A stretch of DNA of 64,000 nucleotides from a virus. This document shows, piece after piece, positions 36,659 through 44,334 of the stretch (position 1 is its first letter; each line of letters opens with the position of its first letter). The notes beneath the pieces were generated by a model, which saw nothing but the letters and a program-made list of their open reading frames with translations, did no database searches and was not told the DNA's origin. Where the stretch lies: IMG/VR virus record IMGVR_UViG_3300027985_000918, positions 7,482 through 71,481 of that record; one strand, 5' to 3'. The translations under genes were made by a program, and so were the position numbers.

Positions 36659-37501
36659 ATGTCCTCTCACGCCATGCCGCCCATCTGGATCGTCGCTGAC
36701 ATCAAAGGGCCCCTCCGGGCCGAGGTCGACCAGAACATGCTGGGGCCGTTCGCCTACTCCAAAAGGGAAAGTGCCCTAGCCGCCGCCTCTGACCCAGGAA
36801 CCCTACTTGCCCAGGCGGAAGGGGAACTCTCTGTCCAGGAGTTGGACGGTGTGTGTTTCCTCCAGGACGTTCTCAACAGCTTCTCAGCCCAAGATAGTGA
36901 CGTCCTCATTCTGGACGAAGGCCTGTACCCCCTAAGCCCGTCGGGGGCTGCTTGGGTGGATGCCTTCCGGTCCACTGGGGAGTGGGTCCCTGTGTTCCAG
37001 GACGAGAATCCGGAAACCCGGATCAACACGGTGTTGGAGCGGATCTCCCACGCCTTGGGCATCGGGACTATCCGAGTGGCGGCGGAAGAGGGGAGCCGGA
37101 TTCAGGAGTGCCACCGGCTGATTAAGGAGAACGTCTCCCTCCAGATGAACCCGGAGTCCCCCAAGGGAACTAAGGATGGGTACCTCCAAGGAGACACGAC
37201 ATTCTGGGTCTACACTACGGGTATGGCGAAGTTCCAGAGGCCCGAACTGGAGATGAGGGGGGTGCCGGCCTACTTCGTGAGGACCGCTGGGGCATCCCTC
37301 CAGGCGTGGGCCGCTTTCTCCATCGACAACGAAATCGAGGCGGGACAAGTCCTCAAGGACGGTGGGTCCACCCTCTCCGTTTCGCTAGTTGCTGTCCCCT
37401 CAGGGGACCCGTACTGGAACGACAAAAACGGTTGCCTCCGGCTGGCCGTGTGGAAGGTCATGGTCCCCTTCGGGGGGCATGATTGCCCCACGTATCACTG
37501 A
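36659..37501 (+). CDS. hypothetical protein (paralog family with 37510 and 59053)
   Basis: GPFAYS...GLYPLSPSGAAWVD; C-terminal YTTGMAKFQRPELE. Confidence 0.7.
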   Translation: MSSHAMPPIWIVADIKGPLRAEVDQNMLGPFAYSKRESALAAASDPGTLLAQAEGELSVQELDGVCFLQDVLNSFSAQDSDVLILDEGLYPLSPSGAAWVDAFRSTGEWVPVFQDENPETRINTVLERISHALGIGTIRVAAEEGSRIQECHRLIKENVSLQMNPESPKGTKDGYLQGDTTFWVYTTGMAKFQRPELEMRGVPAYFVRTAGASLQAWAAFSIDNEIEAGQVLKDGGSTLSVSLVAVPSGDPYWNDKNGCLRLAVWKVMVPFGGHDCPTYH

Positions 37502-37509
37502 GTTCAGCA

Positions 37510-37922
37510 TGTCTACCAACACCCTCTGGTTCCTGGTCGACTCCAAAACCGGCGGCCTTGTCACATTGATGCCTCACATCCAGACTCCCTTGGAGGCCAG
37601 GCTCCCCGACTTAGGGGGCCATGTCGAACCCTACGTCTTCACCCACGAAAAGCTGGCCTGGGCTGCTCTGGAAAATGAGGATGCCTGGGCGGGGAAGAGG
37701 ACCGTGAGAGGATGATGGTTCGTCCCGGATCGGCGGGGAAGTTCCTGTCCGCCGTGGAGACGGGACTTCGGGGGTCTTTGCCCCCTGACACCCAGGGGCT
37801 CCGCCTTGGCCGACAAACTCAGCGGCCAGGTGTTTTGGACCCAGCTTGCCCACTTTGGGATGCTGATCCCCAGTTCGATCAACCGGCTGAAGCTCTCTTT
37901 GGGAATCATTCTCCCCGCCTGA
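37510..37922 (+). pseudogene. disrupted paralog of the 36659/59053 domain
   Basis: in-frame TGA at 37713; PLTPRGSALAD resumes in the same frame while VRPGSAGKFLSAV lies in another frame. Confidence 0.5.
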
Positions 37923-38012
37923 GCCCCCACCAAAAAAGCGGGGGGAGGGGTAACCATTGGGGGAGTTCGAGTAGTATATCTAGCAAACAGGGGAAGCCCC
38001 CTACAAAAAAGG

Positions 38013-38041
38013 TTGACAGGGAGAAATCCCGGTTCTACTAT
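38013..38041 (+). promoter_or_regulatory. sigma70-type promoter of tRNA cluster 2
   Basis: TTGACA-N17-TACTAT with an upstream A-tract. Confidence 0.75.
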
Positions 38042-38088
38042 CGTCCTCAGCAATGGGTTTATCCCATGCCGAGGGAGATAAGAAGTTC

Positions 38089-38229
38089 ATGGATGCTCGG
38101 ACCAAGCACACATTCAATGGTAAGCCGGCGAAATCCGCTACCCAGATGCGCCTGGCCCTGGCTGGTTGTGGCATTGCCATTCCGGCGAACAGCCCGGCCG
38201 ATCCTACCAGGGGGATGCCCGACTTCTAG
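38089..38229 (+). CDS. putative attenuator leader peptide (46 aa)
   Basis: ATG after GAGGGAG; last codons complementary to the terminator 5' arm. Confidence 0.45.
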   Translation: MDARTKHTFNGKPAKSATQMRLALAGCGIAIPANSPADPTRGMPDF

Positions 38230-38254
38230 TTTCTCTCGTTAGAGAGACGATACG

Positions 38255-38293
38255 GAAGCCGGGCACCCGAGAGGGAGTCCGGCTTTTTCATTT
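38255..38293 (+). terminator. terminator/attenuator hairpin
   Basis: GAAGCCGGGCACCC-GAGA-GGGAGTCCGGCTTT-TTCATTT. Confidence 0.65.
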
Positions 38294-38487
38294 CTAAGCC
38301 CTGACGTTATGGTTCCAACTAAGGGTTAGGTTGAAGGAACCCCCATTATCTCACTGGAGACATTGTGGGTTTGACAACAGAATAGTGAACTTAGCAGGTG
38401 AGTGTTTTGGCATCCCACCGAGCACTCATCCTGAGGTAAGGCCCCGTCGCCCACTTTTTTGTAGCCGACGGGGCCCTTGCCCGTTAT

Positions 38488-38559
38488 TCCGACGTAGCTC
38501 AACGGCAGAGCATCCGGCTGTTAACCGGAATGTTGAAGGTTCAAATCCTTCCGTCGGAG
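38488..38559 (+). tRNA. tRNA-Asn(GTT)
   Basis: TCCGACG/CGTCGGA acceptor, loop CTGTTAA, G73. Confidence 0.95.
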
Positions 38560-38590
38560 CTTGGTAGTTTAGCTCCTGTGGGGTAAAGTT

Positions 38591-38818
38591 ATGTCCAGCG
38601 AGCGGTATATGTCCAGCGAGCGGTACCTGAAGGCAGCAGAAATCGCTTTGTTTCAAGCCTACGAGCAGAATCTTCGTGGGGAAGCTCAGGAGGCCCCCGC
38701 TGTGGGCCTCATGGATGGCATTCTCTGTCTCCCAGAAGACGTGTTCGAGCTTCGGTACCTTGAGGCTACAGAAGCGAAAAAGCAGAGTGAAAGTGCTCTG
38801 CCTGAGGCAGAGGGGTGA
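38591..38818 (+). CDS. small hypothetical protein with 18-bp tandem duplication at its start
   Basis: ATGTCCAGCGAGCGGTAY x2. Confidence 0.45.
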   Translation: MSSERYMSSERYLKAAEIALFQAYEQNLRGEAQEAPAVGLMDGILCLPEDVFELRYLEATEAKKQSESALPEAEG

Positions 38819-38835
38819 GCTGTCATTTGTGTTGA

Positions 38836-38911
38836 GGGCTATTAGGGGAGTCTGGTCGTCCCTGCCACCCTGTCAAGGTGGAAACCACGGGTTCAAATCC
38901 CGTATAGCCCG
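38836..38911 (+). tRNA. tRNA-Asp(GTC)
   Basis: GGGCTAT/ATAGCCC acceptor, loop CTGTCAA, G73. Confidence 0.9.
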
Positions 38912-39013
38912 CTATCGGAGATGAGCTGTAGCTCATCTCAGTCTGAGGATCTACTTCGGCACCGACATTAGCTATCTCCGGATTACGGGATAAGGACCCT
39001 CTAGGCTAGTTAT

Positions 39014-39087
39014 CGGGGTGTAGCTCAGCACGGTAGAGCACTCCGTTCGGGGCGGAGTGGTCGGAGGTTCAAATCCTCTCACCCCGA
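39014..39087 (+). tRNA. tRNA-Pro(CGG)
   Basis: CGGGGTG/CACCCCG acceptor, loop TTCGGGG. Confidence 0.95.
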
Positions 39088-39092
39088 TTCGA

Positions 39093-39170
39093 TGCGACTA
39101 TGTTAGGCTGCTAGTTTGCTAGCCACATAAGCTGGAGGTTGGGAGGTTCAAATTCCCCTTCCGTCACACT
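39093..39170 (+). pseudogene. degenerate tRNA (CAT anticodon)
   Basis: CTAGC-CACATAA-GCTGG arm and GGTTCAAAT present; acceptor and D arm decayed. Confidence 0.55.
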
Positions 39171-39176
39171 ATTCAT

Positions 39177-39250
39177 CTGGGAGTAGGGCAGCTCGGTAGC
39201 CCGCCTGCTTTGGGTGCAGGTAGTCGGGGGTTCAAATCCCCCCTCCCAGA
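39177..39250 (+). tRNA. tRNA-Pro(TGG)
   Basis: CTGGGAG/CTCCCAG acceptor, loop TTTGGGT. Confidence 0.9.
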
Positions 39251-39255
39251 CTCAT

Positions 39256-39328
39256 TGCGGTGTAGCTCAGAAGGTAGAGCTACGCTCTCATAAGGCGTAG
39301 GTTGCCGGTTCGATCCCGGCCACCGCAA
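39256..39328 (+). tRNA. tRNA-Met/Ile2(CAT)
   Basis: TGCGGTG/CACCGCA acceptor, loop CTCATAA. Confidence 0.9.
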
Positions 39329-39332
39329 CTAT

Positions 39333-39405
39333 GACGACGTGGCTTAGCAGGTAGAGCATCGGTCTGCAAAACCGAAGATTGTGGGTTCGATCCCCACCGT
39401 CGTCT
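39333..39405 (+). tRNA. tRNA-Cys(GCA)
   Basis: GACGACG/CGTCGTC acceptor, loop CTGCAAA, U73. Confidence 0.9.
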
Positions 39406-39408
39406 TAT

Positions 39409-39482
39409 CGGGGTGTAGCTCAGTATGGTAGAGCACTCGTCTGGGGGGCGAGTGGCCGGCGGTTCAAGTCCGCCCATCCCGA
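39409..39482 (+). tRNA. tRNA-Pro(GGG)
   Basis: CGGGGTG/CATCCCG acceptor, loop CTGGGGG. Confidence 0.9.
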
Positions 39483-39483
39483 C

Positions 39484-39552
39484 GTCTCCGCCTGTTGGAA
39501 GGGACTGGGCCTTCTAAGCCCGGGGTTGTAGGTTCGAGCCCTACCGGAGGTA
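39484..39552 (+). tRNA. tRNA-Arg(TCT), shortened D arm, possibly pseudo
   Basis: TGGGC-CTTCTAA-GCCCG arm, GTAGG-TTCGAGC-CCTAC T arm, truncated 5' half. Confidence 0.6.
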
Positions 39553-39554
39553 GG

Positions 39555-39627
39555 GGGCCGGTAACGCAATTGGTAGCGTAGCGGACTTTTAATCCGTATA
39601 TTCTGGGTTCGAGTCCCAGCCGGCCCA
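39555..39627 (+). tRNA. tRNA-Lys(TTT)
   Basis: GGGCCGG/CCGGCCC acceptor, loop CTTTTAA. Confidence 0.9.
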
Positions 39628-39674
39628 TCCCGTGATACCGAGGAGCCTCGGCCTTTCTGGTCGAGGCAGTTCAA

Positions 39675-39747
39675 GGGGCCTTAGCTCAGTTGGGAGAGCG
39701 GATGCCTTGCACGCATCTTGTCGTCGGTTCGATCCCGGCAGGCTCCA
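39675..39747 (+). tRNA. tRNA-Ala(TGC)
   Basis: G3-U70 acceptor, loop CTTGCAC. Confidence 0.95.
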
Positions 39748-39803
39748 TTCCTTTCAAATGCTGAAAGGCAAGCTACCTGTAAGTGGCATAGTCTAATTGC
39801 GCT

Positions 39804-39876
39804 GCGGGTGAGGCCCTTTTGGTTGGGCACCAGCCTTCCAAGCTGGGGGCAGCGGGTTCGAGTCCCGTCACCCGCT
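39804..39876 (+). tRNA. tRNA-Gly(TCC)
   Basis: GCGGGTG/CACCCGC acceptor, loop CTTCCAA, U73. Confidence 0.9.
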
Positions 39877-39880
39877 CTAT

Positions 39881-39953
39881 GCGGATGTAGTTCAGTTGGT
39901 AGAACACCGGCTTGCCAAGTCGGAGGTAACGGGATCGTTGCCCGCCGTCCGCC
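39881..39953 (+). tRNA. tRNA-Gly(GCC), atypical T loop
   Basis: GCGGATG/CGTCCGC acceptor, loop TTGCCAA, T loop ATCGTTG. Confidence 0.8.
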
Positions 39954-40024
39954 TCCCAACGCCATCTGGAGGTAACTTCGCCAGGTTTGTCCAGTATGTC
40001 TCCCACGAACGACGGAGGTACATC

Positions 40025-40861
40025 ATGAACTTGGCGGGAATCAAAATTGGGGGGATGTCCGTAAGCGGAATCGCCACTGCCATCGCCCTCCCGGAGCTGG
40101 GCATCTGCCTGGATCTGGGGATGGCAACCGATGAGGCACTCGGATGCCAAACCATCCTGGTGACCCACGGTCATCTGGACCACTTCCACGGCCTCATCCG
40201 TCACGCCTACATCCGGCACATGACGGGGGCCACGAAGACCCGGATCGTCTGCGAGCCACGGCTAGTCCCCCTCATCCACGGGTTATTCCGTGCTGTGGAG
40301 AAATTCCAGATGGGCCGTGCCCCCCAGTATGAGGTCATCCCGATCTCCCCGGGGGAGGAACGCCGACTCAGCAAAGCATACTTCGTGCGGGCCTTCCCGA
40401 CGCATCACCGAATCCCCAGCCAGGGGTACATCCTGGTAGAGAAGCGGCAGAAGCTGAAGGACGAGTACAGGGACCTCGACGGCCGAGAGATTGGCCGCCT
40501 TCGCACGGAGGAAAAGGTCGAGGTAACTTACACCGTGGAGCTGCCGCTCCTGGCCTATGCCGGGGACACAAAGGCTTCCGCCTTTGACAACCCCGGAGAG
40601 TTGATGGACCAGGTTCTTAGAGCCAAGGTGCTGGTCACCGAGTGTACTTTCCTGGGGACTGACCAGAACGCTGCCTTCGCCCGCCAGCGGGGCCACACCC
40701 ACATGTATGATCTGGCCGAGCGAGCGGGTTTGTTCCAGAACGAAGCGGTTCTCCTGGTTCACTTCTCTCAGAGGTACTTCGACAGGCTCATCGAACGGGA
40801 GTTGGCAAAGCTGCCGGAACCCCTTCTGAGCAAGGTCCACTTCCTTCCCTTGGGGAAGTAG
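40025..40861 (+). CDS. RNase Z-like metallo-beta-lactamase (tRNA 3' processing)
   Basis: THGHLDH, KRQKLKDEY exosite-like arm, AYAGDT, ECTF, GHTH, HFSQRY; lies inside the tRNA cluster. Confidence 0.85.
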   Translation: MNLAGIKIGGMSVSGIATAIALPELGICLDLGMATDEALGCQTILVTHGHLDHFHGLIRHAYIRHMTGATKTRIVCEPRLVPLIHGLFRAVEKFQMGRAPQYEVIPISPGEERRLSKAYFVRAFPTHHRIPSQGYILVEKRQKLKDEYRDLDGREIGRLRTEEKVEVTYTVELPLLAYAGDTKASAFDNPGELMDQVLRAKVLVTECTFLGTDQNAAFARQRGHTHMYDLAERAGLFQNEAVLLVHFSQRYFDRLIERELAKLPEPLLSKVHFLPLGK

Positions 40862-40903
40862 GCTACATTGGAGTTCTTCAGGGGGTGTCCCCAGCCCCCT
40901 TAC

Positions 40904-40978
40904 TGGCAGGTAGGCAAATTGGTGAAGCCGAACGCCTGATAAGCGTTTGATGTGTGGGTTCGAGTCCCACCCTGCCAA
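40904..40978 (+). tRNA. tRNA-Ile(GAT)
   Basis: TGGCAGG/CCTGCCA acceptor, loop CTGATAA. Confidence 0.9.
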
Positions 40979-41072
40979 CTTGAAGAAAAATCCGGCAGAC
41001 TAGGTAACGAATTCTCCGAGCCGGGTAGATTTAGTGCGAAGGGGATGACGCCCCGAAAAATGACGAGGTTTT

Positions 41073-41101
41073 TTGACAGAGGCTTCGGCCAGAGTTAGGT
41101 T
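41073..41101 (+). promoter_or_regulatory. sigma70-like promoter of the tRNA-like RNA array
   Basis: TTGACA-N17-TAGGTT. Confidence 0.55.
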
Positions 41102-41165
41102 CCTCGTCAGCAGAGCCCAGAAAAATTGCTGGCTCTTTTTGATAACTCCAGAGAGAAGAAATTAA

Positions 41166-41298
41166 GCCGACGTAGCCCAGTTGGTAGAGCGCAACTTCTG
41201 CAAATTAGCTCAGACTCTCTCCTCATATGATGAGGAATCCGTCATGAGCCTACAAGCAAACACGGTTGAGGTCATAGGTTCAAATCCTATCGTCGGCC
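41166..41298 (+). ncRNA. tRNA-like RNA A: conserved module in anticodon loop
   Basis: GCCGACG/CGTCGGC acceptor, D and T arms intact; CAACT/GGTTG stem encloses ~65 nt with GCTCAGAC...GTCATGAGCCTACAAGC. Confidence 0.85.
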
Positions 41299-41302
41299 TT
41301 TT

Positions 41303-41439
41303 GGGGATGTAGCTCAGTTGGTAGGAGCATCGGTCTGAGGAATGCACTTCCAGCTCCGACTCTCTCCCTTTGTAAGAAGGGAACATGTCATGAGCCTACA
41401 CGCTAACCGATAGCCCAGGTTCAAACCCTGGCATCCCCA
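41303..41439 (+). ncRNA. tRNA-like RNA B: conserved module in anticodon loop
   Basis: GGGGATG/CATCCCC acceptor; TCGGT/ACCGA stem encloses GCTCCGAC...GTCATGAGCCTACACGC. Confidence 0.85.
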
Positions 41440-41498
41440 CTCCCAGTCCTCCTGAGCAACCGGGGGAGGTATTGGAAGGTTCCACCGGAAGATCTTTT

Positions 41499-41635
41499 TG
41501 CGGGGTGGCGGAATTGGTAGACGCACCTTTCTAAGTAGAAAGCAATTGGCAGTCAGCTTCGACACTCGGCCCTTCCAGGGCCATCTGTCATAAGCCTACA
41601 AGCAAATTTTGCAGGTTCAAGTCCTGCCCCCGCAA
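41499..41635 (+). ncRNA. tRNA-like RNA C: conserved module in variable region
   Basis: TGCGGGG/CCCCGCA acceptor, Leu-type D arm, anticodon arm without a 7-nt loop; GCTTCGAC...GTCATAAGCCTACAAGC before the T arm. Confidence 0.85.
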
Positions 41636-41638
41636 CTT

Positions 41639-41773
41639 GGGACGGGCTTCCCGGAGGAAGCCTACAAGCGTAGCTCAGATGGAAAGAGCGCAACCCTGCT
41701 AAGGTTGAAGTCACAGGTTCAAATCCTGTCCCACCCCTCGGGGTGGCACCGCTTCTCCCACTCAGCCCGTCCC
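41639..41773 (+). ncRNA. tRNA-like RNA D: tRNA core (GCT loop) inside a terminal stem, module 5' of core
   Basis: GGGACGGGCT/AGCCCGTCCC outer stem; AAGCCTACAAGC directly before the D arm; extra hairpin after the T arm. Confidence 0.75.
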
Positions 41774-41810
41774 GATTTTTCTCCTCTGGGAGGCCTGACA
41801 GCCTACCAGG

Positions 41811-41957
41811 GGCTTCGGCGCACATCCGGATCGAGCCTACACGCAAGATAGCTCAGTTGGTCGAGCGTCACCCTTGTACGGTGAAGGTCGCCGGTTCAAA
41901 CCCGGTTCCTGCTACATAACCGCTCATTCTCTCGTGCGCCAAACTTCTCCCGAAGCC
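41811..41957 (+). ncRNA. tRNA-like RNA E: tRNA core (TGT loop) with permuted module extending the acceptor stem
   Basis: GGCGCAC..GAGCCTACACGC-[D, anticodon, T arms]-GCTACATAACCGCTC..GTGCGCC. Confidence 0.75.
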
Positions 41958-41990
41958 GAGCATTTCCCCCTGAGGTGCTCGGCTTCTTTT
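41952..41990 (+). terminator. intrinsic terminator closing the RNA array
   Basis: GAAGCCGAGCA...TGCTCGGCTTC-TTTT. Confidence 0.75.
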
Positions 41991-42096
41991 ACATTTGCCC
42001 GAGCAAAACAGGTAACTTCCTGCCGAAACCGAGTAGATGATGCAACCTCGACTCGACCTTCCGAGAAACCGAGGGTCAACAGCGGAGGATTCTGTC

Positions 42097-43986
42097 ATGG
42101 TGGATCAGATCGACCAGCAGCGGGTGGAGAACTTGGGGCCGGCAGGCCGCATCGTTCAAACGCTGACGACATTTACGGACCATTTGGTCCACAACCGTCC
42201 CGGGTTCGTCAAGCCTGACAAGCGCTACAACATCGGTGTGGCCTGGCAACAGGCCACTCTCGACAAGAAGGGTACCTGCCCTCGGCAGGTGTACACCGTC
42301 ACCAAGGTCGGCAGACGCCAGAACAAGACCCTGGTGGGCATCCTGGCGACGGACGGCAAGACCGTCGAGCTGGACGGCCGCAAGGTCGGTGAGTACCGAT
42401 CCCCCGGTCTGTTTCCCGAGGTCGCCTTGTACCTGTACCAGCAGGTGGCGGACGTATACCGCATGGACGCCGACTTCGCTGCCCGCTGGGCCTCCTGGCA
42501 GTTCCAGCAGGAGAACCGGGACCTCAAGGCAATCCTGGCAGCGTTTATGCTGGTCCAGGAGCACTCGGGCCAGCCCGTGCGGGGTGAGGACGGCGAGATC
42601 CTGTTCTCGGATGAAGACTACCGTGAGGTGGGGGAGAGCATGTTCCTCACCGGCAAGGACTTCAACCCCAAGCTGGTCCTGCGGGTCGGTGACATCCTCC
42701 GCCTCGACGGTGTGGCCACCCTCAATCGAGGGCTGGGGTTTGCCCGTAGCGCCCGGACCCCCGCCCTCGGGCGGTACGACAAGGCCGTCAGCAAGTGGCT
42801 GAGGCACCGGGAGGAAAACCCCCGGATGCTTCAGGGTCTGGTCAAGAGCGGGTTCAAGCATGCTGTGCGGCAACTCGCCCGCCGGGTTGGCTACAAGCCT
42901 CAGTCGGATCGGTTCTTCCAGATCCTCGGCTGGCGGCAGAAGCAGGCCGAGGACGGCCGTCGAGAGATGGCTCTCGATCTGGTCATTCAGACCGAGTCCT
43001 GGGACGGTCTCTCCGAGCGGGAGATCTGCCAGCGGATCTTGAAGGAGAAGCCCGGCTTCAAGGTAGTGGTGGGTCGTCTGCCGGAGAACGTCGGCCTTAC
43101 CCGGGCCATCATGATGTCTTGCGTCCAGGCGGGGGTGCTGTCCGACAAGGACATGCTGATCCTGGTCCCGACCTTCGAGGAATTGGGCCTGCTCCAGGTT
43201 CCCGAGGTGCGTGACAGCCTGAACAAGGCGGCCCAGGCCGCCGACGATGCCCGTGCAGCTCACATCGCCCGCAACGTGCGAAGCAAGGCTGCTCAGGAGG
43301 TCCTGACTCAGGCTGCCGACACGGCCGTGGCGAAGGCGATGGAGAAGGCCACACGGAACCTCCGGGTGTACTTCCTCATCGACAAGTCCGGATCTATGGA
43401 CGGCGCCTTGGCCGAAGCCAAGGACCTCATCTCCAAGTTCCTCGGGGGGTTCCCCCTGGAGCGCACCCACGTTTCCGTGTTCGACACGGTGGGGCGTGAG
43501 GTGGAGATCAAGGCTCCGCAGCGGGCGGCCGTCGCCCACGCCCTGGGCAAGTACCGGGCCGGTGGAGGGACCGACCATGCCGAGGGCATCCGGTGTTTGC
43601 TCGACAAACACCGTCCTCAGGAGGACGAGGACATGCTTGTCATCGTCATCGGGGATGAGCAGGAAACCTACCCTGCTCGGTTCATCCAGGAGTTCCAGCG
43701 GGCTGGGGTTTCTCCGGTGGCCTTCGGTGTTCTGGAGATCAACACCATCGTGTGGGCGGGCCAGGGCAACTTGGTCAAGCGGGCCGCCGCCCATATGGGT
43801 GTGCCCTGCTTTGTCATCGACAAGAGCATCTTCGACGACGCCTACGCTGTGACGACCACGCTGCGCAACCTCATCGAGTCCACCCCGGCCGGGCGGACTG
43901 AGTTTGGCGCCCGGACACCTCGGGTCAACCTGGTGGAGCAGATCCTCAAGACGGATCTGCTTCGCCGCCCGGCGTGGGCCGCCTGA
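42097..43986 (+). CDS. vWA-domain protein with long helical N-terminus, candidate Ro60/TROVE-like RNA-binding protein
   Basis: C-terminal LIDKSGSM...GGGTD...IGDE; ~400-aa Arg-rich helical region; flanked by tRNA-like RNAs. The vWA call is solid, the TROVE call is inference. Confidence 0.65.
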   Translation: MVDQIDQQRVENLGPAGRIVQTLTTFTDHLVHNRPGFVKPDKRYNIGVAWQQATLDKKGTCPRQVYTVTKVGRRQNKTLVGILATDGKTVELDGRKVGEYRSPGLFPEVALYLYQQVADVYRMDADFAARWASWQFQQENRDLKAILAAFMLVQEHSGQPVRGEDGEILFSDEDYREVGESMFLTGKDFNPKLVLRVGDILRLDGVATLNRGLGFARSARTPALGRYDKAVSKWLRHREENPRMLQGLVKSGFKHAVRQLARRVGYKPQSDRFFQILGWRQKQAEDGRREMALDLVIQTESWDGLSEREICQRILKEKPGFKVVVGRLPENVGLTRAIMMSCVQAGVLSDKDMLILVPTFEELGLLQVPEVRDSLNKAAQAADDARAAHIARNVRSKAAQEVLTQAADTAVAKAMEKATRNLRVYFLIDKSGSMDGALAEAKDLISKFLGGFPLERTHVSVFDTVGREVEIKAPQRAAVAHALGKYRAGGGTDHAEGIRCLLDKHRPQEDEDMLVIVIGDEQETYPARFIQEFQRAGVSPVAFGVLEINTIVWAGQGNLVKRAAAHMGVPCFVIDKSIFDDAYAVTTTLRNLIESTPAGRTEFGARTPRVNLVEQILKTDLLRRPAWAA

Positions 43987-44111
43987 GTCGCAGTAGCAAT
44001 GCCTTCCGCCCCCGACGATGAAGCCTTCGGGCAGAGACGGGGGAGCGCTGGAAGCAGAAGGGGGTGCGGACCCTTGAAAGTCCCAGTCGCCGCATTCGGC
44101 TGGGTCATTCT

Positions 44112-44314
44112 GGTGGGATAGCTCAGTCAGGCCAGAGCGTCCGAATCGCCGGATTGCTGGTGCATTTGGGAGAGTGGGGGGCCGGAACTCCAGCTTCACT
44201 GCTGGCAGTGAGCCTCGCCGAATAAAAATTTAGTTAACTGTGCCACATCTCTCGATGTACGACAGTCCCCGGCAAAGGTTTGGAATGACGGTGGTTCAAA
44301 TCCACCTCCCACTA
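44112..44314 (+). ncRNA. tRNA-like RNA with ~135-nt structured insert in anticodon loop
   Basis: GGTGGGA/TCCCACT acceptor, D arm, TCCGA/TTGGA stem, GGTGG-TTCAAAT-CCACC T arm. Confidence 0.8.
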
Positions 44315-44334
44315 CTTTTTTCAGGAGTGCTACT

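Noticed and set aside
37713..37715. Stop-codon reassignment or selenocysteine readthrough
   Set aside because: All other genes read normally in code 11, no suppressor or Sec tRNA was seen, and local frameshift decay explains it better
38656..38667. Additional module copy AAGCCTACGAGC
   Set aside because: It lies within a small ORF with no tRNA scaffold; probably chance
41166..41990. CRISPR array
   Set aside because: The repeated 12-mer is embedded in tRNA-like folds at irregular spacing; no cas genes
42076..44199. Long antisense ORFs (also 7108..8397, 18627..20411, 31802..32986, 57530..59026)
   Set aside because: Typical high-GC antisense shadows of well-supported genes
44112..44314. tmRNA or group I intron-containing tRNA
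   Set aside because: No G3-U70 Ala acceptor or convincing tag ORF; the insert is too short and lacks recognisable group I core elements
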